From: an uncultured virus (IMG/VR IMGVR_UViG_3300035396_000150)
Lineage: Duplodnaviria; Heunggongvirae; Uroviricota; Caudoviricetes; Crassvirales
IMG/VR virus record: IMGVR_UViG_3300035396_000150
Coordinates: 1 to 64,000 of that record
DNA length: 64,000 nucleotides
Reading direction: 5' to 3' (one strand)
In this document: positions 46,817-57,064 of the stretch, piece after piece
How the letters are laid out: each line of letters begins with the position of its first letter
Numbering within the stretch: the first letter of the stretch is position 1
Translations under genes and position numbers: made by a program
Notes under the pieces: model-generated
Told to the model about the DNA's origin: nothing
Databases searched by the model: none
What the model saw: only the letters and a program-made list of their open reading frames with translations

Positions 46817-49191
46817 TTACTACTTGGTTTATTTTTAGTATTTATATCGAGTTTCTTAAGTTCAAGTTCCCTTAACTTAATACGTTCATCAATTTTCATT
46901 TGTTCTTCCTTAATATCAAGTTCTCTATTCTTAGTATCTGTTCTCATCTGTTCTTTAACTAATTCAACACCATCTTCTACTCCATTAGCATTTACATCTT
47001 TATTCTCCTTAGTATTGTCATAGTACTGCTTCATATCTAACTCCATTCTCTTAACATCCAATCTACCTTGATTTCTTATATTCTCCAACATAATTTCATA
47101 TTCTTTTTCAGCTTTAAGTTGTTCTGCCATTGCTTGTTTTCTCATATCTTCTATCTGTACTTGATGTTGTCGTTCAGCCTCTTGAGCCTTCTGCAACTTC
47201 TCTTCTTTACTGTCATCTAATCTTTGAGCTTCTACAATCATATCAAAACTACTATCCGCCTTAAATAACCTAATCAATTCTGTATATGTAACCTGTCCAT
47301 TAGGTAAGCCTTGTATTACAGCTTGCTCTAATGTATTTGTCAATTTCTTAAACTTCCTTGTATTAACAGGGAATAACTCAAACTCTGCTACATTAAATCC
47401 TTCAGGTATTTCCTTGAATATAGAGTAGGAATAATCATCTAATACTGATTGGAACATTACACCATCTCTAACTAATTGCTTAGCTACACTCAAGATAGTA
47501 TAATTCAAATCAAGCATTATCTTTTCATACCTATTAAACCAGTATTCAGTTATATGTGAACTTTGTATACGACTCCTTTCTACATTACCTACCAACTCTC
47601 TATTACTAATAGCACCCAATCTCTGTGGTGTTATACCAGTAATCTTACTCAATTGTTCTTCAGTCTTATCCATCATTCCTATAATGTACTGTATACTGCT
47701 TCCAACTTCCATATCTATTGGCTTACTCGAAGCATTATACATACCAGCCATTCTTCCCTGTGCAGCACCTCTTGTACCCTCTCTAAAGCTATCCTTAACT
47801 CTTATACCATGTATTTTCATATACTGCATTACTTGCTGTACTGACCACTTATCTGGTATATTAGCCAAATCTAACTCTATTATCTTACCCATATTTTTAC
47901 TCAATATATCTTCAACTCTTGCATACAACACATTCAAAAAATACAAGTGTGGTGCTGCCAAAGATACTATTGACTTAGCTCTATTATTAACTACATTAAA
48001 ATAACCACCTACATACCCCGAGAAGCTCTCGAATGGATTAGATGGAGATGTTATTCTTGGCTCTACTACACCCTGATTAACCACTAAATCAGAACCTACT
48101 AATGTAGCTCTATACCACTCTTTAACATATCTTGGAGTCAATTCCTCCCCTTTATCTTTATCCGGTGTGTACTGCTCACTTACATAATCATAAAGCACTT
48201 CAGCATTATCTCCATAATACTTTCTCTTAAATAACTTCCTATATCCAGCCCAAGTAATATCAGCTACCCTCAAATTACCCTCACTGTCAGATATAGCAGT
48301 ATTACCTGCCGACTGTGTAGTCATGAATCCATGTAAGCTATCACCGGGAAATGCCAAACTATATAAATCTAATTCGGCATTACTTACATCTCCTAAGAAA
48401 CCTGTAACACTCTTATTAAATACCACATCTTCAAAGTCTCTCTTACCTTCAATAAATTCCCCAAACTCATCTATTATACGACCCCTTGACATATATCTAA
48501 TCTCTACTATTACATCAGCATCTCTTACATCATTGCTACTGCCAGACCTCACTGTATAAGTATTTAAAGGGTCGGTCTTCCTAACAACAACCCTATTATT
48601 AGATATACCCACATGGAATATAGCTTGAGCTGTTATTAAAGATTCCCTGAACCCTTCTGCCTTATAGAATGGTAAGTTATTACTCTTCTTTACTATACTT
48701 AATAAACTATTAGCTCCTTTCTCAAGTGAAGACATGAACCTCGAAGGGTCTAATTCCTTCAACTTCTTTTTCATTTCTTCTTCACTATAATCATTAACTA
48801 ATAACTCATTTAATATCTCAGAAGCCTTCTTGCTTCTTTCCTTTAGTTTCATTGAAATCGAATTTGTATCAATTGCTGCAACACCATACTCCTCACCACG
48901 TTCTAAATACTCACCATACAGTAAATCTATCTTATCTCTTATTACTGCATAATTCTTAAAGTTTGGAGAGTAATTACCTGTAAACAATTTCATAGTATCA
49001 AAGTTGTTCTTTAACTCTTCTTCATCTATTATACTATCATACAAGTCTATATTCACTTGCTTTTCCTTAGCTGATAGTGCGATACTATTTAATTCAGTTG
49101 TAGCTATACTTACTGCCGCTTTAGCACATTCCGTAAACCACTGTTTAGTCTTTGCGGAACTTGATACCTTTTGTAATGGTAATTGTTTCAT
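46813..49191 (-). CDS. Portal protein
   Basis: 792 aa. LPLQKV N-terminus, ITGITPQRLGAISNRELVGNVERS motif and C-terminal coiled coil; follows the terminase. Confidence 0.9.
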   Translation of the reverse strand: MKQLPLQKVSSSAKTKQWFTECAKAAVSIATTELNSIALSAKEKQVNIDLYDSIIDEEELKNNFDTMKLFTGNYSPNFKNYAVIRDKIDLLYGEYLERGEEYGVAAIDTNSISMKLKERSKKASEILNELLVNDYSEEEMKKKLKELDPSRFMSSLEKGANSLLSIVKKSNNLPFYKAEGFRESLITAQAIFHVGISNNRVVVRKTDPLNTYTVRSGSSNDVRDADVIVEIRYMSRGRIIDEFGEFIEGKRDFEDVVFNKSVTGFLGDVSNAELDLYSLAFPGDSLHGFMTTQSAGNTAISDSEGNLRVADITWAGYRKLFKRKYYGDNAEVLYDYVSEQYTPDKDKGEELTPRYVKEWYRATLVGSDLVVNQGVVEPRITSPSNPFESFSGYVGGYFNVVNNRAKSIVSLAAPHLYFLNVLYARVEDILSKNMGKIIELDLANIPDKWSVQQVMQYMKIHGIRVKDSFREGTRGAAQGRMAGMYNASSKPIDMEVGSSIQYIIGMMDKTEEQLSKITGITPQRLGAISNRELVGNVERSRIQSSHITEYWFNRYEKIMLDLNYTILSVAKQLVRDGVMFQSVLDDYSYSIFKEIPEGFNVAEFELFPVNTRKFKKLTNTLEQAVIQGLPNGQVTYTELIRLFKADSSFDMIVEAQRLDDSKEEKLQKAQEAERQHQVQIEDMRKQAMAEQLKAEKEYEIMLENIRNQGRLDVKRMELDMKQYYDNTKENKDVNANGVEDGVELVKEQMRTDTKNRELDIKEEQMKIDERIKLRELELKKLDINTKNKPSSK

Positions 49192-49208
49192 TATACAAAT
49201 TTAAATCA

Positions 49209-51293
49209 TCACAGTTTCATAATAAAATCATCTATATTAAATTTTGTATTGTTTACCTGTAGCGTCCTTGACCAGAAAGGGTCAGCTGCTGGGTCATATA
49301 CCTCTAAGTCTTTATTAAGTTCCAATCCCTGCACTCCTTTAGTGCTTTCATAGAATATCATAAGCATACCAAGCGAGCTGACTCTATCAAAGTTATCTTC
49401 TATGTTCCAGCCACTTAACTCTTGCAATAAAGGAACACTATTAATAGTATCTACAAAGTCCAGCATATCTCCCTTAACAACACTCTCCAATAACCATGCC
49501 TTGATTCTCTCTCTTGCATACTTATTTATCTGTGTTGTACCGGGTGTGCCTAATTCCCTCTCTGCGGCTACCTTCGATATCTTCTTTATAATCTCAGGTG
49601 CTGGTATCAATATATGTTCATACCCTTTAGATTTAAAGTAGTTCCTTATACCTAACAAGTTATTCTCAAAATTAACCTTAGCATTAAAATACAAAGCCAA
49701 CAACAATACCTGCTCATTAAAGTCATCTGCTGTAGTCGGTCTTCCTGTATACTCTGCAACCAACAAGCCAGTCAGCCTATTCATAACAAAGCAACTACCC
49801 AAACTCATTGTACTACTTGAGTTCTGGTCGTATCCATCAACACCCATTATATACAAATCTTCAGGAACTACACCATTCAACTTAGTAGGTACTTCCCACA
49901 TCTCTACTGCACCTTCATTAGAGCCTGTCTTAGCGTGAGGATAATACTTAATTACAGAAGCATTCTTATCATAATCAAATATAACCTCCTTATTCTTTAT
50001 CTTCATATTACCTACCCTACTATAAGATATAAGCTCTTCATTGCCTTGCAAGTCAGCTAATCTATTCTCTATTCTCTTTATAGGAAAGTCATTAGTGTCT
50101 GCTCTCAACAAAGCATCTTCCGGTCTTAATGGTCTTTCTGACCTCCTTTGCATAATAGCGGACGGGTCTGTACCCATAGCCTCCATCTTCTCAATGCTTA
50201 CAAATTCATGTTCATAAGAACTCAACACGTCTGTATTTCCATTCTTATCCATAAACCCATACACATTAGCATATACAGGAGCAAAGAACCCAGACTTAGC
50301 TACTCTTGCCTTAGAACTCCATATGTTCTTTATACCGTGTATATCATATGCTTCAGGCTTAAAGAACAATTCATTAAGTGTCTGATATGAAGTCATCTTA
50401 GAGCCGCCAGTACCGAATGCTACCATCAATCCATAAGTTATATTATCTTGCTGTACTGATTCCTTAGCTATCTGCCATGCCTTAAGTAATTCAGGGAACT
50501 CACCAGCCTCTTCAAACAGTATCAACTTACCGCTGATACCTCTCGCTCTATCTGCATTATTGTTAAGTGTCTTTCCTATTATCTCGCTCATAATACCCTG
50601 CTCTACTCCTCCCCTAAAGTAAGAAGCTCTTGTGTGCATTAGCTGATTGTGCTTCTGCGACAACCTCCTAAATCCAGTGTACTCATTTATAAAGTTACCT
50701 ATATCATTAGACTTATTCAATATACCGTCCTTTATTAAGAACGTCTCTTGACTTGCTAATGCAAAGCTCTTACTATTAGGTATTAAATGGAAGTTCCTCC
50801 TTAACATAGAGCCTCCCTTAAATGAATATCCCCTACGTCTGCATTTCAATACACTGCCATGTTTACCTGCTTTTTCTGCTTCTTCTAAATAATGAAAGTA
50901 GTAGTAGTCATAATCCCATATATCAGGGTGAGAGAATATCCTCTTTCCTTTAATTTGTTTACCTTCCCTAACCTTAACTAATTCACTCTCATCATACTCT
51001 ACTCTCATTATAGGAGAGAAGTTCAAATAGAAGTAATAATAACCCGGTATCCAATCACTACCTATATGATAGCCATCAATGCTTCTCCTTCTCTGTTCTG
51101 CCCAATACCTACCATAAGGGCTATCCTTATGTCTATTAAATGGATGATTAGTATAATATCCGTACTCTTGGAACTTCAGAGCCTCTTCTCTGAACTTATC
51201 TACATTCTGTAATTTATGTCCAAAGTTACAGCCCGGAGAATCATCATAACTGACATCTACATTATAAGGGCTATTATTCAAACTCAAGTTCAT
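49209..51293 (-). CDS. terL: Terminase large subunit
   Basis: 694 aa. Walker A KCRRRGYS, Walker B LILFEEAG, coupling motif FGTGG, nuclease motifs MGVDGYD and NFDRVSSLGM. Confidence 0.92.
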   Translation of the reverse strand: MNLSLNNSPYNVDVSYDDSPGCNFGHKLQNVDKFREEALKFQEYGYYTNHPFNRHKDSPYGRYWAEQRRRSIDGYHIGSDWIPGYYYFYLNFSPIMRVEYDESELVKVREGKQIKGKRIFSHPDIWDYDYYYFHYLEEAEKAGKHGSVLKCRRRGYSFKGGSMLRRNFHLIPNSKSFALASQETFLIKDGILNKSNDIGNFINEYTGFRRLSQKHNQLMHTRASYFRGGVEQGIMSEIIGKTLNNNADRARGISGKLILFEEAGEFPELLKAWQIAKESVQQDNITYGLMVAFGTGGSKMTSYQTLNELFFKPEAYDIHGIKNIWSSKARVAKSGFFAPVYANVYGFMDKNGNTDVLSSYEHEFVSIEKMEAMGTDPSAIMQRRSERPLRPEDALLRADTNDFPIKRIENRLADLQGNEELISYSRVGNMKIKNKEVIFDYDKNASVIKYYPHAKTGSNEGAVEMWEVPTKLNGVVPEDLYIMGVDGYDQNSSSTMSLGSCFVMNRLTGLLVAEYTGRPTTADDFNEQVLLLALYFNAKVNFENNLLGIRNYFKSKGYEHILIPAPEIIKKISKVAAERELGTPGTTQINKYARERIKAWLLESVVKGDMLDFVDTINSVPLLQELSGWNIEDNFDRVSSLGMLMIFYESTKGVQGLELNKDLEVYDPAADPFWSRTLQVNNTKFNIDDFIMKL

Positions 51294-51828
51294 CTTCAGC
51301 TCCTCCTCTTATTCTACTCTCCTCGCCATCATCTTCATTATCTACCATCTCCATAGCAGATTTAAGTTCTTTAAGTAGTGTTGTTTGCTTAGACAATATC
51401 TCACTGTACTGTTTAGGATTATGTATTAGCTTATTATTAGCATCTCTTTCATCTAAATCAACAGCACTTAAGAAATTCCTTAACTTATCTATATTACTTA
51501 TTATATCCCTCAAGAAATCCTTACTATGCGACTTGTCTATAGTAAGCATTGCATCTATTGCTCTCGTTATTAACTTATCTTTCGAGTAATCTACATACTT
51601 ACCAAACACCAATTCAGATACAATATTAACTCTTTCCTTTCTACCATACAGTCTAAAGCTATTATCTTTATTCATACTTGTTATATAATACACAAATGTC
51701 AACTCTTTTATTGCATTTTCCTTATTAGGACTTAAGTCCCTATCCCACAAGTCAAAGAATGCACCTATACCAAGCACATTCTCACTATATTGCAGTTTAC
51801 CTGCATCATCAATTCTAAATAACCTCAT
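51274..51828 (-). CDS. Putative terminase small subunit
   Basis: 184 aa helical protein directly upstream of and overlapping terL; ends in an SRIRGG motif. Confidence 0.45.
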   Translation of the reverse strand: MRLFRIDDAGKLQYSENVLGIGAFFDLWDRDLSPNKENAIKELTFVYYITSMNKDNSFRLYGRKERVNIVSELVFGKYVDYSKDKLITRAIDAMLTIDKSHSKDFLRDIISNIDKLRNFLSAVDLDERDANNKLIHNPKQYSEILSKQTTLLKELKSAMEMVDNEDDGEESRIRGGAEDELEFE

Positions 51829-52289
51829 ATCTTTGCTACTTTCTTATTATAATAATTACTATTCGTTTTATTTAACAATTTAAAATCACACTTAGTTAAG
51901 TAATCAATCCACTCCTGCTCAAATTCATATACCTTTGATGATGGTACTTTATTAAGCTCTATTGCTATCAATTCTCCTCCACTCTGTATGACCTGAAACA
52001 TCCATAAATACTTAGAAGTCCACTCTTTACTACCATCAACCATTTCTTTGATGTTACTCATGTGTTGTTTAAATCGCTTGTCAATTGTTTGAGATGTCTT
52101 ACCTACATATAATACACGTGGCATATTACTATTCTTATCTATCTTCTTAAAGATTAAATACACAATCTGTCTACTTTCCACATACTTATAAGTTTTAAGC
52201 TTTGCCATATCTAACTTATATATCTTATCTATAACAACATCAATTTTATGTTTAATAGTAGTATAAGCATCTCCTAAGATTTTTTCCAT
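51825..52289 (-). CDS. GIY-YIG family endonuclease (catalytic domain only)
   Basis: 154 aa. IVYLIF...YVGKT...KRFKQH...EQEWID...LLN match the GIY-YIG motifs. Confidence 0.75.
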   Translation of the reverse strand: MEKILGDAYTTIKHKIDVVIDKIYKLDMAKLKTYKYVESRQIVYLIFKKIDKNSNMPRVLYVGKTSQTIDKRFKQHMSNIKEMVDGSKEWTSKYLWMFQVIQSGGELIAIELNKVPSSKVYEFEQEWIDYLTKCDFKLLNKTNSNYYNKKVAKI

Positions 52290-53173
52290 TTATATCCGTA
52301 TATTGTATTATCAGTATCTAAATACCTAATTATATTACTTTGTGTAGGCTTTACATACTTACCTAATAATTTAATAAACTGCACACAATCTATAGGATTA
52401 CCATATTCTTTATACAGTATTTCACCAGTATCTTTATCAACTATGTCTATCTTATAATCATGTTTTATAACAGCATGAGGGGTCTTAATAGACTCCGGCT
52501 TATTATAATCACACTCCTTTACATACACATACCTACCAATCAGTTTAGAAGCACTATCTGCTCTCTTCTTACTATTATGTATAACAGTCCTAAATATATC
52601 TATAAAATTAATGGGATTCTTAAACTCTAAATCCTCATAGTTCTCAAACACCTCAACTACATTCCTCTTTAAATCACACTTATATATCTTCCCCGAATAA
52701 TTAAGCTCTATGATTATATTAGACTTGTCATCATCAGTCAGCTTATTATATAAATACAACACAGCCGACTTCAATCCCTTTATATATTCTAACTTAACAT
52801 AGTAATCTTCTCCTGTTATACTATTATGAAACTCGTATCCCTTATTCTTAGACCATCTCAATAAAGACCAGCCAAGCACATATACATAAGTATATAACTT
52901 AGCAAAGTCCTCTCTATCTATATCGAAATCCTCCTTACCCTCTTCAAACCTCCTCAACACATGAGGCGTATAGACAATAAAACCCATATAAGGAATTTTT
53001 ATTCTCTTTACATAGGTTTCATCATTAACTTTATTACCATAAGTAACTAACTTAAATAAAGTCCTGTAATACTCTCTTACTATCTCCACTATCTCTTTCC
53101 TTTTCAAGTTAGGATAATGCTCTATTAGCTCCTCCAGAACCTTATTAGTTAATACCGTATTAGTATGTTCCAT
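52274..53173 (-). CDS. IHF/HU-like N-terminus fused to a NUMOD1-like C-terminal DNA-binding domain
   Basis: 299 aa. N-terminal VLEELIEHYPNLKRKEIVEIV...IKIPYMG is HU-like; C-terminal SNIIRYLDTDNTIYGYKWK is NUMOD1-like. Confidence 0.5.
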   Translation of the reverse strand: MEHTNTVLTNKVLEELIEHYPNLKRKEIVEIVREYYRTLFKLVTYGNKVNDETYVKRIKIPYMGFIVYTPHVLRRFEEGKEDFDIDREDFAKLYTYVYVLGWSLLRWSKNKGYEFHNSITGEDYYVKLEYIKGLKSAVLYLYNKLTDDDKSNIIIELNYSGKIYKCDLKRNVVEVFENYEDLEFKNPINFIDIFRTVIHNSKKRADSASKLIGRYVYVKECDYNKPESIKTPHAVIKHDYKIDIVDKDTGEILYKEYGNPIDCVQFIKLLGKYVKPTQSNIIRYLDTDNTIYGYKWKKS

Positions 53174-54018
53174 TATATTTTATCAAATACTTCTTTGTCA
53201 ATACTTAAATCAATCACATTAATATCTATCTGACTCTTCAACAACTCCTCCGTCAATTCAGGCAAATCTTGCACCGGATACGCCTTATATCCTTTATCTC
53301 CATAATAGCTACTCAGTCCATCAATATGAAATAAGAAGCTCTTACTTACATTAATACCCTCCTCTCTTAAAAACTCCTTATACATATTCAACTGTATAAC
53401 TCCCTTATCGTGTCCTACATCTCTAAAATCCTGCAATAAATCCTTCATCTTATTAGGAAGTCTTCCCTTATCTTCTTTATATTGTTCTGATGTAAAGGCT
53501 TTACTGAACTTAAAATCCCCCAAATAATATAATCCGTCCTTCAACCCTTTCATCAGCAAATCCACAGTATATCCAATCTTATACTTAGCACTTCCTTTAG
53601 GTATTTCCATTCTTACAATCTCAAATTTACTCAATATATCGTCCATTAACTTCTTAGCATTCATATCTAATACAGTTACTGGTCGTGTATTCTCGGGGTC
53701 TAACCAGTACATAACACAGAAGTCATGCCCGGCAGTCCCCAATCCAGAACTATGCTTACCTTGCATAGCCCAATACTTAGCTACTAATTGAGGATTAGTT
53801 AAATACTTTCTTCCATTCTTTTCATTCTTATTAGCCACCATATTAGATATGATATGACTATTAAATTCAGGTACAAACTCCTTTATATAAGTTGTTGCAC
53901 TCTTTAACTTAACTCCATCCATCAAATAACAATGGCTCACATCATCATAACTAAACCCCTTTACATTACTTACTTTAATTCTTTCTTTTGATTGTGTTGC
54001 TTTAATATCCAAATCCAT
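53173..54018 (-). CDS. PD-(D/E)xK (Cas4/RecB-like) nuclease
   Basis: 281 aa. HCYL...SATTYI, GTAGH, YTVDLL...GDFKFS and QLNMY motifs. Confidence 0.8.
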   Translation of the reverse strand: MDLDIKATQSKERIKVSNVKGFSYDDVSHCYLMDGVKLKSATTYIKEFVPEFNSHIISNMVANKNEKNGRKYLTNPQLVAKYWAMQGKHSSGLGTAGHDFCVMYWLDPENTRPVTVLDMNAKKLMDDILSKFEIVRMEIPKGSAKYKIGYTVDLLMKGLKDGLYYLGDFKFSKAFTSEQYKEDKGRLPNKMKDLLQDFRDVGHDKGVIQLNMYKEFLREEGINVSKSFLFHIDGLSSYYGDKGYKAYPVQDLPELTEELLKSQIDINVIDLSIDKEVFDKI

Positions 54019-54019
54019 T

Positions 54020-54328
54020 TTATCGTTTCATTATATTAATTATAAATTGTACTTCATTATCACTTACCAACTTACCTATAAATAGATTAATATATATCTC
54101 CTTACCCCCAACAATTCCTCTTCTTTGATACCTTATTAATCTGTCTTTAATATTTAACATGATTCTATCATGTTCTATTTTCATTACTTCACTTACTACT
54201 TGAACCACTTTAGTCCATACTATATTATCAGACTTATTATCTATTTTATTAAATTCATTATTCTCTATACATTCTACTATCTCATTTAATAGTTCCTTAT
54301 TTAATTCCTTTGATACTTCTTTATTCAT
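54020..54328 (-). CDS. Hypothetical protein (first gene of the leftward operon)
   Basis: 102 aa ORF with an A-rich leader, tightly coupled to the next gene. Confidence 0.55.
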   Translation of the reverse strand: MNKEVSKELNKELLNEIVECIENNEFNKIDNKSDNIVWTKVVQVVSEVMKIEHDRIMLNIKDRLIRYQRRGIVGGKEIYINLFIGKLVSDNEVQFIINIMKR

Positions 54329-54423
54329 TATTTTATTTATTTAATTATTAATACTTATTTATTTTATTTAATTAATTACTATTAAAAAGAATTAATTAGT
54401 TTATATATTTCGTTTATTTACAC

Positions 54424-54433
54424 TGCTAAGTTA
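54424..54433 (-). promoter_or_regulatory. Possible Bacteroidota-type -7 promoter element for the leftward operon
   Basis: Minus strand GTAACTTAGCA has one mismatch to TAnnTTTG and lies ~100 nt upstream of the 102 aa gene. Confidence 0.35.
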
Positions 54434-55522
54434 CAATTTTTTTTTGGAATAAAAAAATGACAAAAAGTCAAAAACATAGTATCAGCTCGAATGGTATAAT
54501 ATATAAAATTCAAGATTTCATAAATAAGTAATTTTAATATAGTATATTAAATACATATATAAAGTAATATCCAATAGAATAACATAAGTAGTTCAAGTAC
54601 TGTAAAGTGATTGGCATTAAAGCTCACTGTGTATATGAATAGATTTGGAAATCAAAATCGACTTGTATTATATATAAGATGGATTTAATCTATATATAAA
54701 GATAGAACAAGTACTATATACTATATATAACAAATTTAATGTAATAGAAATTCATATAGTATTTCAAGTATATAAAATTGTTGATGATGTAAAAGATGGT
54801 ACACATATACTATATACTATATACAATATGTGCAGTACAGGCAACTACTATATAACCTATTCTATATATAAGCATTATGGAATAGATATATCTAATTGAG
54901 AGTTCCAGAGAAAGATGAAGTTATTCACCGAACTTGTTCGTTAAAGCATTTAAGTAATAGAGAAAGAATTATAAACTAAGCTATACAGTACAGTATGTAA
55001 GTATATAGAATACAGTATTGAATTAGGTATATAATTCGGGGCTTCTTCTTTCTCTGGAAATCTCAATCAAGTAAAATAGGTTCTATAAGTTGTACTAAAT
55101 AAGTTGTATATAATTGGGCTTAAGATGCTCAACCTCGTGCTCAACCCTTATATATAGTACTTAAATAAACTATATATAATATATAGTTTATATTTATATA
55201 TAATAAGGTACTTATATTATATATAGTAAATTGGTTTACTTATCAATTCTTTACTACTTTACTATATACCAATTTACTACATATTAAATTATATTAGGTT
55301 GGTACTATTATATAATATATAGTATTAGTTAATTATGTTTTGTTTTATATATTGTAAGGTGGATACTATATACTATATTAATATATAGATATTATATTAG
55401 AATTTTTTATATAAAATTTTATTTAGTGGATAGATTATAAAATATATAGGTTGGTATTTGATATTGATGTATAGTATATGATATTGATTGATATAGTAAA
55501 ATTTTTTTATAATATAAAATTT

Positions 55523-55636
55523 AGTTAATGAAAATGTAGGATAGTTATGTACTATATAGTATATATAGGTATAGTATAGTAATTAATAATTTTTTATTAT
55601 GGAATTTTTTTTATAAGTTAATGAAAATATAGGATA
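55523..55636 (+). repeat. 21-nt direct repeat AGTTAATGAAAAT(G/A)TAGGATA, two copies
   Basis: Copies at 55523-55543 and 55616-55636 differ at one base. Confidence 0.8.
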
Positions 55637-55743
55637 TCTATGTTGGTACTGAATACCTATGGGGGTGACCCATACTATAATTTGCGAGCGAAAGCCCGTA
55701 CGGGTAACATAAGTTTCCGTAACCATGTAAATATAAAATACAC

Positions 55744-56163
55744 ATGGCAAATACAAATGAAAGAATTTTATCAGTAACTACTTCTACATTTAACACAGAA
55801 GAAAGTTACGTAATTACTGATTTAGGTAAATTTACTTGCCCTTCCGAGAAATTATCAGACAGTCTTCGTCAGGCAGTCGATAATAAAATGGAGCCTTTGT
55901 GCTCTATAAGACGAACAGTACGTCAGATTGGTGACCCTTACAAGGACGCACAAGGACGTGACCGTAAAGTAGGATACAATGAACTTGGTGTAGAACTTGG
56001 TGCTATATCAGGGGAACAGGTAACGATAAATGCAGTAATTCCGATTAAGTCGGAAGTCGAAAAGAAACTTGATGAAAAAGACCTTGTTGTTGAAAGAGCT
56101 GTAAAGCTCATGCAAGCAACAGGCATCACGTTCGAAGCAGCACTTGCTATATACTCTGCATAA
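55744..56163 (+). CDS. Hypothetical early protein
   Basis: 139 aa ORF with an A-rich leader, followed by a terminator-like hairpin. Confidence 0.75.
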   Translation: MANTNERILSVTTSTFNTEESYVITDLGKFTCPSEKLSDSLRQAVDNKMEPLCSIRRTVRQIGDPYKDAQGRDRKVGYNELGVELGAISGEQVTINAVIPIKSEVEKKLDEKDLVVERAVKLMQATGITFEAALAIYSA

Positions 56164-56169
56164 AAGAAT

Positions 56170-56206
56170 ACAACCATATGCCTTCGGGTGTATGGTTGTT
56201 ATGTTT
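56170..56206 (+). terminator. Terminator-like hairpin
   Basis: ACAACCATATGCC-TTCG-GGTGTATGGTTGT followed by TATGTTT. Confidence 0.65.
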
Positions 56207-57064
56207 GCCTATTTATAATTAAAATAGGATATACTATACATCTAACATAGTGTATAATGAATAGTAAATATATGTATGGCATCTGTTAGCCATTGCAGTA
56301 ATGCAGAAGTAACTTGGTCCACTATGACCACACAAAGGCAAGGAAGTTGCTTGTAATCCTATCGGGAATGTGTGATATGTGGTAGATAGGCAGTATTACG
56401 GAACTAAGGTATGCATAGACTTTCCAACTATGTTTTACTATCCGTAACGTTTCAAATCAGTGTAATGAACTGATACGTTTTTATAAGTTCTGTGGCTCAT
56501 AACCACACGTTGAAAGATTAGCAAGTCAAAGCTAATTACGTTTGGGCAGTTGACCAGCACACATACCTATAAGTAGGGATACTATGTGTGCTGAAATAAG
56601 GTATATGATTATATATAATGCTTGTAAATTCCGTTGATACGGTATTCATACAAGTATGCTATTACAGGCATTATATATGATTATGAATAAGCACCAATAC
56701 ATTAAATAACACATAAGTAGTTAATTTGATTGTTGGTGCTTTATTTTTTATATATAGTATTACATATGTGTTATCGTATGTATATACAATATAATAAAGA
56801 ACAAGATTGATGTAATATAATATGTGTGGGATTACTTATTGAGTGTCTGTGTGTATGTGTATTGCATAATATAATAGATTAAATTGAATTTATTGATGTG
56901 TGTGTCGAAGTGGCACTATACCAACAAACCACATATCAAGCCAACCACCAACAATAAATTAGTAACAAACTTGACAAATAATCTCATTTTAAATAATAGA
57001 TAAGACATTACTATCTATTACTTTATCATGTAGGAAATTTAGTAAAGTTAAATAACACAGTAAA

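Larger units (their letters stand above)
54329..55743. other. AT-rich non-coding strand-switch region (candidate origin / divergent control region)
   Basis: No ORFs and extremely AT-rich. Contains many TACTATA/TATATA runs and direct and inverted repeats. The coding strand switches here. Confidence 0.55.

Noticed and set aside
34..50390. Dozens of plus-strand ORFs of 60-180 aa (S/L/F/I-rich) in the ORF track
   Set aside because: They are antisense shadows of the long minus-strand genes, with no motifs or initiation context.
44323..51293. Introns or inteins in terL, portal or MCP
   Set aside because: The ORFs are uninterrupted and of ordinary length, with no intein or LAGLIDADG/HNH motifs seen.
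53173..54018. Cas4 as part of a CRISPR-Cas system
   Set aside because: It is a solo PD-(D/E)xK nuclease of the kind usual in crAss-like phages. It lacks the four-Cys Fe-S pattern and there are no other cas genes.
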